A stretch of DNA of 64,000 nucleotides from Octopus vulgaris (lineage: Eukaryota), in the NCBI GenBank assembly GCA_951406725.2, contig OX597821.1, forward strand, positions 50,282,001 to 50,346,000. Reading direction: 5' to 3'. The first letter of the stretch is position 1. Each line of letters begins with the position of its first letter. Shown here in pieces: positions 12,228 through 25,505 of the stretch. Below the pieces are notes generated by a model. That model was not told where the DNA came from. It searched no databases and saw only the letters and a program-made list of their open reading frames with translations. The position numbers were made by a program, and so were the translations under genes.

Positions 12228-12438
12228 ATTTCAAATTTTGGCACAAGGACAGCAATTACTGGGGCAGGGGCAAGTCAATTACATTGACCCCAGTGCTCAA
12301 CTGGTACTTATTTTATCGATCCTGAAAGGATGAAAGGTAAAATCTACCTTGGTGGAATTTGAACACAGAACATAAAAATAAACGGAATGCTGCTAAACAT
12401 TTTGCCCAGCATGGTAACAATTCTGCCAGCTCACTGCC

Positions 12439-12473
<35 letters not shown>

Positions 12474-12711
12474 CCTTTCTATTATAGGTACAAGACCTGA
12501 AATTTTGGGAGCAGGATTAAGTTGATTACATCAACCCCAGTACTCAACTGGTACTTATTTTATTGACCCTGAAAGGAAGAAAAGCAAAGACAACCTCAAT
12601 AGAATTTGAAATCAGAATGTAGCAACAGATGAAATGCCACTAAGCATTTCGTCCAGCATGCTAATGATCTCCAGCCCACAGCCTAATATTATTATCATTG
12701 TTATCATCATT

Positions 12712-12746
<35 letters not shown>

Positions 12747-12950
12747 TATCCTTTCTACAATAGGCACAAGGGCTGATATTTTGAGGGAAGTGGGTAAGTC
12801 AATTACAACAACCTCAGTACTTGACTGGTACTTAATTTATCAACCCCGAAAGGATGAAAGACAATCTCAACCTCAGCAGAATATGAACTCAGAATGAAAT
12901 ACCACTAAGCATTTCACCCAGTGTGCTAACAATTCTGCTAGCTCACCAAC
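12228..12950 (-). mobile_element. Three consecutive SINE family B copies separated by (TAA)/(TTA) tracts
   Basis: ctggtacttattttat..accc.gaaaggatgaaag recurs at ~12300, ~12550 and ~12830. Confidence 0.85.
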
Positions 12951-13148
12951 ATAAAAATAATAATAGACAGATGGTACAAACCCCCAGTACACATACTATC
13001 TTCAATCAACAACATCACAATATTGGATTTTGTGCAATGTCTTAATAATAATAATCTTTTTCATATTCTCTACAAGGGGTACAAGGCCTGAAATTTTGAG
13101 CAACAGAGATGGCCAATTACATTGACCCCAACATTCAACTGATACTTA

Positions 13149-13317
13149 CAGTGACATCTTAAAGCATGGAAACACTGGGCAGTTGCCCAGGGACCTCACA
13201 GATTTAGGGACCCAAATCTAATCTATGTATATTGTGGTTTGTGATCAGTGAATAAACACTATAGGACCCAATGCAGTTATTTACCCAGGGGCCTATAACA
13301 CTACTAAGACATCCCTG
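13149..13317. mobile_element. hAT-type MITE
   Basis: CAGTGACATCTTA ... TAAGACATCCCTG imperfect TIRs; flanks gatactta / agtattta are a degenerate 8-bp duplication of the SINE motif ggtactta. Confidence 0.65.
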
Positions 13318-13385
13318 AGTATTTATTTTATTGTCCTTGAAAGATAAAAGGTAAAGTCATCCTCAGCAGAATTTGAAATCAGAAT

Positions 13386-13613
13386 TTAACCCTTTAGCCG
13401 TCAGATTACTCTATCAAATGTAATACTTATTTATTCCCACTGTATTGAACTAATCATGCATTATCTCATAGCATTGAGATTTTGATGATGTAATTGCTTA
13501 TTTCTAGAATGACATTGCAGCATAGGTGTGAGAGGTCAGATCTAGCATGTTTGAACAATAAACAGATAGAATGCTTGGGCCGGATATGGCCGGTTTAAAT
13601 GCTGAAGGGTTAA
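13386..13613. mobile_element. piggyBac-like MITE
   Basis: TTAA-CCCTTTAG ... CTGAAGGG-TTAA. Confidence 0.85.
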
Positions 13614-14404
13614 AGCCAGAAGAAATGTCTTAGAAGTAGTAGCAACAGTTGTAGTAGTGGTGGTTTTATTTACTAAAGTTGAGGGATAAGGTTCGTTTTA
13701 TCAAAGGAGCGATTTAACTGATCTGAATTGACTTTGGTCCTTTCAAAAGGAAAGTCCACTCCTATGTCACAGTTGAGTGATTAGTGGAAATGCACCGAGC
13801 TAGAAAATTAGTCTCTTCAACCCTCACAAAAGAAAAGTTCATACCACCTATGCAAACCTGGAAAAATTAATATATTTATACACATCCCCAGACACACACA
13901 TACACACATAGATATATGATGCATATACATACATATGTACGGATATATGTATATACATACATACATGCATAAACATACATACATGCATAAACATACATAC
14001 ATATATATTAGAGAGATGTGCAGATACATACATGCATACAAACATACACACATTCATACATATATATAAATGACTATCTACAATTTCATTAGTCAATGTT
14101 GATGACATACAACATAGAGAAACAGGTTTGCTTGTGGATATGTCACTCATAGGAAATATTAAATATTAAATGTATAAACAATATAACATGCTGAGTCACA
14201 TACCTATAATTGTATTTTGAGAGAAAGAAGAGATAGAAAGAACAGTGTGTGTGTGTGTGTAAAAGCAGTTTAAATATTGGTTCATCCTTCTTTGTATACA
14301 GGGAAAAAGTATATCCAAATTATTTTCTTTGAGTCAGCAGTTAAACATGTAGGCCACATGGCTTCTCTCATAGGGATTGCTCTTTTTCATTTTATCCTTT
14401 ATTT

Positions 14405-14782
14405 TATATTTGTTTCAGTTATTAGACTGCGGTCATGCTGGGGCACGGCCTTGAAGAACTTTTAGTCAAATGAATCAACTCCAGTACTTATTAGTTTTTT
14501 GTAAAACCTGGTACTTATTCTATCGGTCTCTTTTGCCAAACTGCTAAGTTATGGAGATGTATATATACCAGCACCACTTGTCAAGTGATGGAGAGGTACA
14601 AACACATACACATATATGATGGGCCTCTTTCAGTTTCCATCTACCGAATACACTCACAAGGCTTTGGTCAGCCTGAAGCTATAATAGAAGACATCTGCCA
14701 AAGGTGTTATGCAGTAGAACTGAACCCAGAACCTTGTGGTTGGGAAGTTAACTTCTTAACCTCAGAGCCACACCTGCACCTG
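14405..14782 (-). mobile_element. SINE family A (older, diverged copy)
   Basis: Same architecture as other family-A copies. Confidence 0.8.
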
Positions 14783-14965
14783 TTTATTTATTTCACCAAT
14801 TTTTTCTCAATTTTTGCCTTATTTTTTTTCCAATGCCCAAAGAAGGACAATGTTATTAATTCTTTCCATCCCCCAAGTATGAAGCCTATATAACATTATT
14901 TGTGAACATATCTTGTCAATTTGGTTTTTTATTCATTATTTTTTTGTTCTTAGAGAGAGAGAGAA

Positions 14966-14999
<34 letters not shown>

Positions 15000-15821
15000 T
15001 GAGAGAGAGAGAGAGTAGACATGTGAAATAATATTGTGAAATAAGGAAACTTTTAGATCAGTTCATATATATCCAGGACATATTTAACCTATAAAAAAGC
15101 CATTTCCACTGTGGTTTGCCATAGAGAACATTCTCATGTAAGGCAACAGATGTTAAAACACCAACAGTCCTTTAAGAGCGACCCTATGAACTAATATACA
15201 TTTGAAGCTCCTTTGCTATTGTTAGCACCAGATACCAAGCATTGCAACCCTGAAATGACACTGAAAGTTACAGCTTCCTCATAGAAAATCAGTAGAAACT
15301 ACTGGCTGCGTATGATCAGCCATCAGGTGTGAACAACTTATATAGTAGGCATGTGAAGCTGTATAATGGAATAAACAAACTTTTAGGTCAGTTCAAATAT
15401 GTTTGGGACATATTTGACTCATAAATAGGTCATTTTCATTGACTAATGGTGCTTAAACACCAATTACCTAAAGAGAGAATTTTCTCCACTGTAAATTTCA
15501 GTTTCAAAAATTCAGTGATTTGTTGATGAGATAATGTACATCACAGAACAGGTGTGCTTGCTGATACAATAATACATATCAAACAAGTAGAAACTATTAT
15601 CAACATGTAAGCATGATATATCAAAATTACCAAGCTGGAAGTATTCAAGTGCTGAAATTTTTTCTTCAGAAAATAGAGTGGCAAAATGCCTTGCATTTGA
15701 CCCATGTACACTAACAAGTTAGCCCTGCATATCAAGAGAAGCAAAACAACTCAACTGATGATCAACTAGGAAAAGAATCATGGTAATTCTGAATAAATAA
15801 ATTATTTGAAATGATGATGAT

Positions 15822-16285
15822 GATCATCATCATCATTGTTTAACGTCCGCTTTCCATGCTAGCCTGGGTTGGACAATTTGACTGAGGTCTGGCAAACCGG
15901 ATGGCTGCACCAGACTCCAATCTGATCAGGCAGAGTTTCTACAGCTGGATGCCCTTCCTAATGCCAACCACTCCGAGAGTGTAGTGGGTGCTTTTACGTG
16001 CCACCGGCACGAAAGCCAATCAGACAGTACAGGTAACGGCCATGTTCAAATGGTGCTTTTTATGTGCCACCTGCACAGGAGCCAGTCCAGCGGCACTGGC
16101 AATGACCTCGCTCAAATGTTATTTCATGTGCCACCAGCACAAGTGCCAGTAAGGTGACGGAAGTAACGACCATGCTTGAATGGTGTTTTTTACATGCCAC
16201 CGGCACTGAAGCCAGTTTGTTGCTCTGGCAACGATCACGCTCGTATGGTACTCTTAGTGCTCCACTAGCATTGATGCCAGTCATC
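15822..16285 (-). mobile_element. RTE-LINE 3' UTR repeat (family D, long form)
   Basis: (CAT)n tail, gtttaacgtccgctttccatgc, and repeated ttttacgtgccaccggcac subunits. Confidence 0.8.
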
Positions 16286-16619
16286 AATAGAAATACAGGA
16301 TTAAAAATGCTATTGCTCAGCAAAACAGGGAAACAATTCCCTGCGAGAGAGTACATGACCAACATTCTTAGTTTGTTCACTATGAACATCAACATAAAGA
16401 TTGTTCTTGTTTTGAACATGTGAGCATCAAATATATACAGCTATCCATAAAAGATACACTTTCCTGCATTTGTTTAAACTACCTGCATGAAGTCCTATGC
16501 CAGTGCTAGAAAGAAGGAACAATGTTAAAAGACATGAGAAACTGCAGTGTTGTTACCCAGTCAATGAAAAAGGAAGTAGAGAAACAAGTGAATGAGCTAT
16601 AGAGAAATCTCTCTGTTGA

Positions 16620-17720
16620 GTATTGATGACGGTGTCTTTATTCATATGCTTCTAAACAGACTATTAATAATTGCCAAAAGTAAATATCCTGGGTAGCAGT
16701 ATGATTTCAAAGCAAAACATTTCCTGAACAATATGATCTTCTCGCTTTGCCAACAACAAGAGAAATACAGAGAGCAAAGACAACTACACTATATCATTTT
16801 CCTTGATCTCACAAAAGTTTTCATCTTTGAGCAGAGATGGCCTGTTTAAAATTCTTACCAGGATTGGCTCCTTGAGGAAAGTTCAGTCATTCTCCACAGA
16901 CATAAAGAGCCATTCGGTTTAACAGCTCTTCTATGGAGAGTTACTTTCAACATCAGTATCTGAGTGAAACAGGGCTCTGTGCTTACATTTACTCTATTCA
17001 GTAACTTCTTTCCTAATATGGCTAAAGCACAACTTTAAAACATCTATTGATGGTGTTGACCTTCCAATCAAATTGGACAAAAGACTACTCATTCTATCCA
17101 AATTGAGGGCAAAAGCCAAAGTATGTAAAGTGCTCATCAGGGATATGCTATTTGCAGACAATATAGCACTGGCAACAAAGTCTCAGAGGCATTTGCAACA
17201 CCTTATAGACAGCTTCTCAAAAGCCTGCCAGGACTTCCGTTTAGATATCGACCTTGAAAAACCTGTTAGGCCAAAATGTTAGGCTAGTCAAGTTGACAAA
17301 GAGACTAAAAACATAAAAGTTAACGATATGCAGCAAGATTGCAATTTACAGAGTTTGCATCCTCAGTACACAGGTTTACAGTAGCAAGGTATGGACTGTT
17401 TCTCTATTCACAACCCAAGATACATCCTAGACATAAAATTTAACTGACTGCTTCATCAACAATGAGATTTTGACCCATGCTCAGATACCAAGTCATTTCA
17501 TCCTATTCCAGAAATGAAATTTCCGCAGACCAGGTCACATGTACACAGCATGTCAAATGGAGAGATTCCAAAAGACTTAATGTACATAAAACTTGCCTCT
17601 GGCATAAGCACAAAGGTAAACCCATCTTTGTTTTAAAGATGTTTGCAAAGGAAACAGGAAGTAAGTAAACAGGATTGTCAAAAGATGAGAGAACTTGATA
17701 AGTAATTGCCCTCACTGGAG
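16620..17720 (+). mobile_element. Decayed RTE (BovB-like) LINE reverse-transcriptase region
   Basis: MIFSLCQQQEKYREQRQLHYIIFLDLTKVF (cf. DMIFSLRQLQEKCREQ...FIDLTKAFD); VKQGSVL; LIRDMLFADNIALATKSQRHLQHLIDSFSKACQDF. Confidence 0.85.
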
Positions 17721-18370
17721 GCTGGGTTATAAGAATATATCTATGCATAGGAACATAAGCCCTGGCCAAGCTCCAAATGACTGAGGTCGTATCTGCCACT
17801 AGAGAAGCAAAACCTACCCAAAGTACCATGTCTGGTAGTCTGTTACAGCCACTCACAGCTCAGATTGATATGTTACAAATAATTTCTACAGAAAGAATTT
17901 TTTTTTCTCTATGACAAAATCCCACAGTGAATGCCTTTCCCATTCTGATGTGCAAGAGCATGATAAAAATAAATGTACACCTTTTTTAGATATGGATTTT
18001 TATACCATCATACACTAATAAAAGCTTTTAATTTATATTTGTAAGAAAAAAATATTTACATGTAAAGAGCATAGATACACAAAGAAAGAAAATATATGTA
18101 CAAATATAATTTAAAATTTATGCACTCACACACACATACATTACCCAACCACACTAATTTACACACACAGATATGCACGCACGCACACAAACACACACAT
18201 TACAAAATACATTCAATTTCAGTTACACACCCACAAATACATGAATAAATGTAGTTGCATATTTACTAAACACCCATTTATAAAAATTTATATTTACAAA
18301 TACACATATGCATACATTGAAACATAACTACTCTAACAATGTATATGTGTATGCACAGACACACACACAC

Positions 18371-18445
18371 ATATAAATAAATATATATATCTATATCTAT
18401 CTATATCTATCTATATATATATATAAATATATATATCTATATCTA

Positions 18446-18492
<47 letters not shown>

Positions 18493-18493
18493 A

Positions 18494-18559
<66 letters not shown>

Positions 18560-18566
18560 CTATATA

Positions 18567-18609
<43 letters not shown>

Positions 18610-18707
18610 ATATCTATCTATATAAATATATATATATATATAATATATATATCTATATCTATCTATATAAATATATATATATATATAAATATATATCTAT
18701 ATCTATC

Positions 18708-18750
<43 letters not shown>

Positions 18751-18856
18751 ATATCTATCTATATAAATATATATATATATATATATAATATATATCTATA
18801 TCTATCTATATAAATATATATATATATATATATAAATATATATATCTATATCTATC

Positions 18857-18901
<45 letters not shown>

Positions 18902-18915
18902 TATCTATATCTATC

Positions 18916-18955
<40 letters not shown>

Positions 18956-18973
18956 TATATATCTATATCTATC

Positions 18974-19013
<40 letters not shown>

Positions 19014-19031
19014 TATATATCTATATCTATC

Positions 19032-19073
<42 letters not shown>

Positions 19074-19089
19074 TATATATCTATATCTA

Positions 19090-19143
<54 letters not shown>
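18371..19143. repeat. ~770-bp (TA)n array with higher-order unit (TA)n-TCTATATCTATCTATATAAA
   Basis: The interrupting cassette recurs about a dozen times between variable-length TA runs. Confidence 0.95.
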
Positions 19144-19643
19144 CCTCAGGAGGAGACATTTAAGCAGTACTTGTTGTGTTCTTATCCAATTTACTATATT
19201 CAATAAAAGGATAAGAAAGAGAAAAGCGAAGAGATAATAGAGACAGAAGGAGAAGAATACAGAAGACAGACAGAGAGAGAGAGACTCAGGGTCAAAGAAA
19301 GTCGGCAAAAGTGATAGACAGCAATGTCTGCGTAAAAATAAAAAAAACAAAAAAAAGCACAAACGTGCACAAGACTTTAGAAATCATAAATGCATTTGTC
19401 TGACTATATATAGCCATGACTACTACCTCTTCAACTACAACTCCACTGATGCAGCTGCTGCTAAAGTCTAAATGTGCACTTCTAAATATGCATTTCAATA
19501 TTTCTGCTGTCAGACATCAGTGTTCTGACTGTCAGGCTGGACTTTCTCTGTTACAGTTTCAAACAGAAATGTCTTAAGTAAAAACATGCAGGGTATTACA
19601 TCCAAACTAGCAAATAAATATACATATGACATATATATATATT

Positions 19644-19675
<32 letters not shown>

Positions 19676-19756
19676 TAAACACACACATATCTATACATAC
19701 GCACATATATATATACATATATACACATGATGTGTGTATGTGTGTGTGTATATCTC

Positions 19757-19801
<45 letters not shown>

Positions 19802-19832
19802 TACACATGATGTGTGTATGTGTGTGTGTATA

Positions 19833-19876
<44 letters not shown>

Positions 19877-20219
19877 TAAGATTATATATTCATATATACA
19901 TAGATATTTGCGCACACAAACAAACTGTATGTACATTTACATAATCACTTTCACCGACTACACTCACCAACAACAGCTCACATCCTGAAGATGTGACTGT
20001 GAAAGACTAAAAATGTTGCTTGTGATGGATTTCAGAACTTTTATTGTTTCGAATGAAGAACTACATGCATAAAAAAAAAAAAAAATTCTTTTAAAAAGAT
20101 AAAACTAAAACCTAGTTCGTAGTTAAGATTTTCACAGTAAAATATCTAAAAGAAAAGCTGTTTTCTATCATCCAATCCAACACACAGATACATGCATGTA
20201 CACTATCAGATATGCATAA

Positions 20220-20382
20220 GGAAGAAAGAGAGAGAGAGAGAGAGAGAGAGAAAGAAAAGGAGAAGGAATGAAAGGCAAACGGACTGATAAGAGAAGAAAA
20301 GACAGACAGACAGACAGACAAACAGGCTGACAAGCCGACATACTGACAGATAGAAAAAAAGATAAAGCTGTTTCAGAGGGAG

Positions 20383-20421
<39 letters not shown>

Positions 20422-20519
20422 AACAGACACAGACAAACAGAGGTGTATAGTTAGTATCAAGAAAAAATTGGAGGGGATGGAACAAAATACAACAAAGAAT
20501 GATAGAGAGAGAGAGAAAA

Positions 20520-20561
<42 letters not shown>

Positions 20562-20600
20562 CAATATATAAAGAGACAGACAGACAAGCAGACAAACGTG
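20220..20600. repeat. (GA)n/(GACA)n microsatellite cluster
   Basis: Directly visible. Confidence 0.9.
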
Positions 20601-22299
20601 AGAGGGTGTAGGGATAAGAGCAACTTTCTGGCATCTATTGTGTAGCATGGGCAGATGTCCAGAATCAACAAAGAGCAAGCAATTAGCATGTTTGAGTGTG
20701 TATCTGTGTACGTGTGTGTATTATGTCTTGTCGTGTCGTGTTGTGTTGTTAAACCAGCTTCAAAAATACTAACAGACAAGCAGATCCATTGTTACAAGTG
20801 AGGACAATTAGAATCTCGTGTTCACACACATCTTGTACATGGAGGACAAGTGCAAGGGTTAATTAAGGCAGACGCAACGTATTTGAAAGTTAGAATAACC
20901 AAAGAGATGAGGTTCAGTTGGTGTTAATATTCGTCAATCAAGGAGCGCCAAAAAGTTGATAAGAAAGTAATCATGAGATGAGGAAGAAGTAAACATTAGA
21001 GAGAGACAAATATTCTTCTGAGTCTTTCTGCAAATATGGGAGACAACTTTTGACATATTCCAACCTTATCACATCTCCTCAACAAAACATACATTTCACT
21101 GTACTTGACAAAGTGAAGATGACAAAAGCATTAAACGCACAGGTGAAGGAAAGGTAGACATATTCATAGAATAAATTACTCTTATATGCATCTGCTTGAG
21201 AAATAATAAACCATTTTAAAGCAGGAAACATTATAAAGACTTCTGAGATATATCCACATCTTACACAGAGGATAAGAACAAGAATGTAAGAGACAGAAAG
21301 TTAGATCAACAAACAACACCATGTTTTAAAGTGAGGCCACATCCTAAATGGAGAACAACTAAGAAAGTGGAATAAAGAATACACACACACATACACACAA
21401 GTATCTATGTATATCATATTTTGTGTTTTACTTGGTGCGGGCAGAGCCTTGAAGGGTTCAGTTGAACAAATCAACCCCAGTACTTATTTGTTTAAGCTCA
21501 ATACAAAAACTGGGATCATAAACAGGCACACACATACACATTTATAAAATGGGCTTCCACACAATTTCCACCTAGCAAATTCCACTCACAAGGCAATGAT
21601 CAGTCAGGGGCTACACAAGAAATCACTTGCCCAAGGTGCTACACAGTAGGACTGAACTCGGAAACCATGTGGCTGCAAAATAAACTTGTTAACCACATAG
21701 CCATGCCTGCACCTAAAATAAATTGTGTATGTGTATACACACATATTTATATATACATACACACACACATACACATACAGAAAGAGAGAGAAAAATAGTC
21801 TAATTGATCCCTCCTTTTCATTACATGAAGAGAAGACATCACCTAAAAATACACTGTCTCTACTTATACAGTGCTAGCCAAAAATCTATAAATATATTCT
21901 GTAGTACAATATAGCAGAGAAACAAAACACCGTTAACACATCAGTAATTTATTAATTGAACTGTCTGCCAAGAATGCATTATACATACAAACTGCTCTAT
22001 CCAATTTACTTAAGCTCTTAATAACAGTGGGTTTATAAGCAGTGTCGCTGTATGTAGAATGTAAAGGGAGGTATTCCGCCAATGAAGAAATCCCAAGAGA
22101 GGAATAAAACTAGACTGGCTGATCCCTCTTTTTCTCTCTATGGAAATAATACTTATCAACAAGGTGTTTACATCTGTCTCTATGTGCAGTGTTGGTTAAA
22201 AATCTATGCTAGGATAGACAGACAAATAAAGAGTTTAATTATTGAGCCAACAAACTATTTCCTACATGGTTGCTCAACCTGTTTGTAATCATCCTCATT

Positions 22300-22850
22300 G
22301 TATTAATGTTCATTTTCTCATGCCCACATGGGCTAGACGGGATTTGTTGAGGCAGATTTTCTATGGATAGATGCTCTTCCAGTTGCCAACCCTTGCCTGT
22401 AAGGTAATGTTTTCCCATGACAAGACATGTTTTTAGAGAAGATTGGGAACATAGAATACCTATTTCTTTACTACCCACAAGGGGCTAAACACAGAGAGGA
22501 CAAATGGGTTAAGTCGATTATATCGACCCCAGTGCGTTACTGGTACTTATTTAATCGACCCTGAAAGGATGAAAGGCAAAGTTGACCTCGGTGGAATTTG
22601 AACTCAGAACGTAGCGGCAGACGAAATACCGCAAAGCATTTCGCCCGGCGGGCTAACGTTTCTGCCAGCTCGCCACTTTTGGGAACATAGAATACCATTT
22701 ACATGACAGTGATGCTCATTTACAACTATTAGATGATGTCAAGGCAAAAAAGATGGTAACACACACACACACATATCTATATGACAGGGTTCTTTTAAGT
22801 TCCATCAATGAAATCTATTCACAAAGCTTTGCTCAGCACTGGGTTAGCGA
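22300..22850 (-). mobile_element. SINE with family-A body and alternative RTE-like tail (type E), interrupted by a family-B SINE
   Basis: Tail gttcattttctcatgc...gaggcagattttctatggatagatgc; body gggttcttttaagttcc at ~22790. Confidence 0.65.
22461..22678 (-). mobile_element. Young SINE family B with 18-bp TSD
   Basis: ttgggaacatagaatacc at 22443-22460 and 22679-22696; CpGs retained. Confidence 0.9.
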
Positions 22851-22854
22851 TAGG

Positions 22855-23245
22855 AGAAGGTGTGGCTGTGTGGTAAGAAGTTCGCTTCCCAACCACAAGG
22901 TTCCAGGTTCAGTCTCGCAGCAAGTACTTCTACTGCAGCCCAAGCTAACTGAGGCTTTGTGAGTGTCATTGGTAGATGGAAACTAAAAGAAACTCATGTG
23001 TGTGTGTGTGTGTGTGTGTGGCTTTGTGTATATATGAGCAGTTTTGTGCTTGTCCCCCACCACTGTTAGACAACCTGTGCTGGTTTGTTTATGTCTCATT
23101 AACTTAGCAGCCTAGCAAAGAGACTAACAGAATAAGTGCTGGATTTAAATAAAAAAAGTACTGGAACTGATCTGCTCAACTAAACCCTTCAAGGCAGTAC
23201 CCCGACATGGCCACAGTCTAATGACTGAAGCAAGTAAAAAATAAT
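22855..23245 (+). mobile_element. SINE family A
   Basis: tggctgtgtggtaagaag...ggttcagtc head; tail gactgaagcaagtaaaa. Confidence 0.8.
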
Positions 23246-24049
23246 GGATATATACACACACACATGTGTGTATAACAATGTGTCAAATGAATGAGAGAAG
23301 AGTGCTCAATAAATGTTGTAGAGCATGTGGCTTATTGAAGCTAAAATTTAATCTTGCAAACAAGTTTCATAAGTTTGAGTTTTTTTTTAATTATTGTATT
23401 GTTTGCAGACACAATACAGTGAAAGAAAAGAGAAACTAAGCAACAATCTGAACTAAATTAATAAATCTAGAATGAATAACCAAATTAAAAATATACACTA
23501 CTTCCCACCCTGCCCCACACCATCAAAAAATAACCAGTGAAAAGAAAGAAAAATAACAGTCAATCAGTAAATGCAAAATGCCAACCAATGAACAAATGCA
23601 AGCATGAGGCAGCAACTGCCACCAAAATTGAGTTGAAAAATTCTTCTCCAGAGATTGCAGAAGCCTGAAAATTCAAGTTGCAAGCAAAAGTTCTGTCTCT
23701 TTTTCTCACCATATATTACCATTGTTTAACATCCACTTTTTCATGCTCAAATGGGTTGGATAGAACTTACTGAAGTGGATTTGTCTACGGTTGGATTCTT
23801 TTTCTGTCACCAGTCCTCATCTATAATATTTCCCCATGACCAGATATGTTTTCAAAGAAGATTGGAAATAAATTAGGGGTAGGATTAGGGTGATACTCGC
23901 TTACAACTATCATGTGAAGGCAAGACAAAAAGACAGTAACACACACACACACGAGATAGGCTCTTTTCAGTTCCCAACAACCAAATCCACTCACAAAGCT
24001 TTGACCAGCCTGAGACTATACGTCTTCCCAAGATGATTGTGATAGACAT

Positions 24050-24690
24050 GAATCACTCTCATCAAAATATTGGTATATTACCCAATAGACATAACTTCTG
24101 ACTCAGTCATGCCTGTGAATATACTCCAACTTGCTGCACATACTCATTGTACTCTGAATATACTCGTTTTGCTGTAAAGGTATCCATTGTACTCCTCATG
24201 TATAGCCTGTACATGATAAAAGCATCTTTTTTTACTACATTATTTTTGTAGTTATAAATAGTTAGCTATTGGTTTTTGTGCGCTAAAATCAAACACACCG
24301 TTCATGCATTTAGCCCAGAACTTTTGTGCCACTGCTCATTTCCTTTCTAATGAGTCTTGTGGGATTCTGACTCAGAATGATGTTTCTCTTCATTTTGTTC
24401 CACAGTATATTACTCAATACTGTCTTGATTTTGTATTAGATTTTATTTTGTTTGTTTTTTTCTTTGCAGTTTATGCAGTTTTTGCCTTTAACTCTTTTTC
24501 TTCAGCACAAATAGTTTCCAGTTTGTACTTAATTTTTTCCTTACAGATAGAAAAAATATTTCTTTTTCCAATTTTTTTTTTATCATGTTTCTCCATTACA
24601 ATTATCAGCTTGCTTTTCTAGTCCCACTGTTGTTATTTTGAAGTACTTTTCTATTTGTATCACATTCTGAAATTGAATCATGGCAATGAA
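24050..24690 (-). mobile_element. Decayed R4/Dong-like non-LTR retrotransposon fragment
   Basis: Minus strand: IQIEKYFKITTVGLEK, and later EYIHRHD*VRSYVYWVIYQYF, matching the EYxxRHD..YIHW motif that follows the CCHC knuckle of restriction-like-endonuclease elements. Confidence 0.7.
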
Positions 24691-25304
24691 CACGAGAAGA
24701 ACAAAGGTAAGAAGACCAAATACTAAAAGCTTGAAAGACTGAACACCAACTATCTTAGAGAAAAGTAAAACAAAGTTTATTCAAGAAACATATAACATTT
24801 ATGTTTCTTTATAATGCTTTGTCAAAATAACAAAGGCACCCAAGATATGGCAAGCATATGTTACTTATAAAACAAAATACTAACAGTAAAAGTGTATTGT
24901 AGGGATGTGATATTGAAGGCATATGTGAAATCCTAAAAGATTATTTATTAGTTCTTTATATCCTTTCATTATTGAATATTTTCTTACTTTTCTTTCAGTA
25001 CAACATAAACATACCAAATAATGAAAAGGATTAATTTTGATAGACTTATACACTTGCTTATCTCGCTTCACTTTCATTCATTTTACTGCTTTATTCCAAT
25101 ATATAAAGTTTGTTCTTTAAATATTTTAGTTTGTTCGTTGCTTGTTTAAAAAAAAAAAGATGGAAAAAATTCAATGATGAGAAAACTGAAAGATTCAAAG
25201 TAGTCAATAAATACATTTCTTGAATTTTTGTTTACACAATCAGTATTATATCCCTGCATTACACTTGGCAGGCAAATTATATATGTGTGTGTGTATGTAT
25301 GTAT

Positions 25305-25505
25305 ACATGATAGATCGTTAGCTACTACACACATTTTTTTTCTCTCCTTGTTTTTTCTGTGTACCTTTCTGTAGAAGAGCGTAGGCTCGAAATGTAAAAG
25401 ACTTTTTCTATTCCTGAGCGTTATACTAATACATCTGTTTGTTTTGTACACCACCTGCCTTCGTCTTTGTTTATTTTCGTAAACTTTCCCTATGTATATA
25501 TATAT
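25305..25505 (+). mobile_element. Penelope-like terminal repeat with hammerhead-like motif
   Basis: cttt-CTGTAGA-A-GAGC-gtag-GCTC-GAAA-TGT-A-aaag at 25365-25400; the element ends at (TA)n; homologous copy at 50335-50512. Confidence 0.65.

Larger units (their letters stand above)
13075..13625 (-). mobile_element. SINE family B interrupted by two MITEs
   Basis: SINE segments 13075-13148, 13318-13385 and 13614-13625 are colinear. Confidence 0.7.

Noticed and set aside
19980-20020. CTGAAGA...GAAA hammerhead-like string
   Set aside because: Stems I-III do not pair convincingly and there is no repeat context.
20112-20779. 203-aa and 142-aa LSLS/VCLS ORFs
   Set aside because: (GA)n/(GACA)n microsatellite translations.
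20990-21380. Possible ancient LINE RT remnant; likewise a Tc1-like remnant at 26300-26600 and RTE-like scraps at 2650-2790 and 35545-35735
   Set aside because: Only faint motif resemblance by eye; needs a profile search.
24304-24621. 105-aa Phe-rich membrane-like ORF
   Set aside because: Antisense of the Lys-rich R4/Dong-like remnant.
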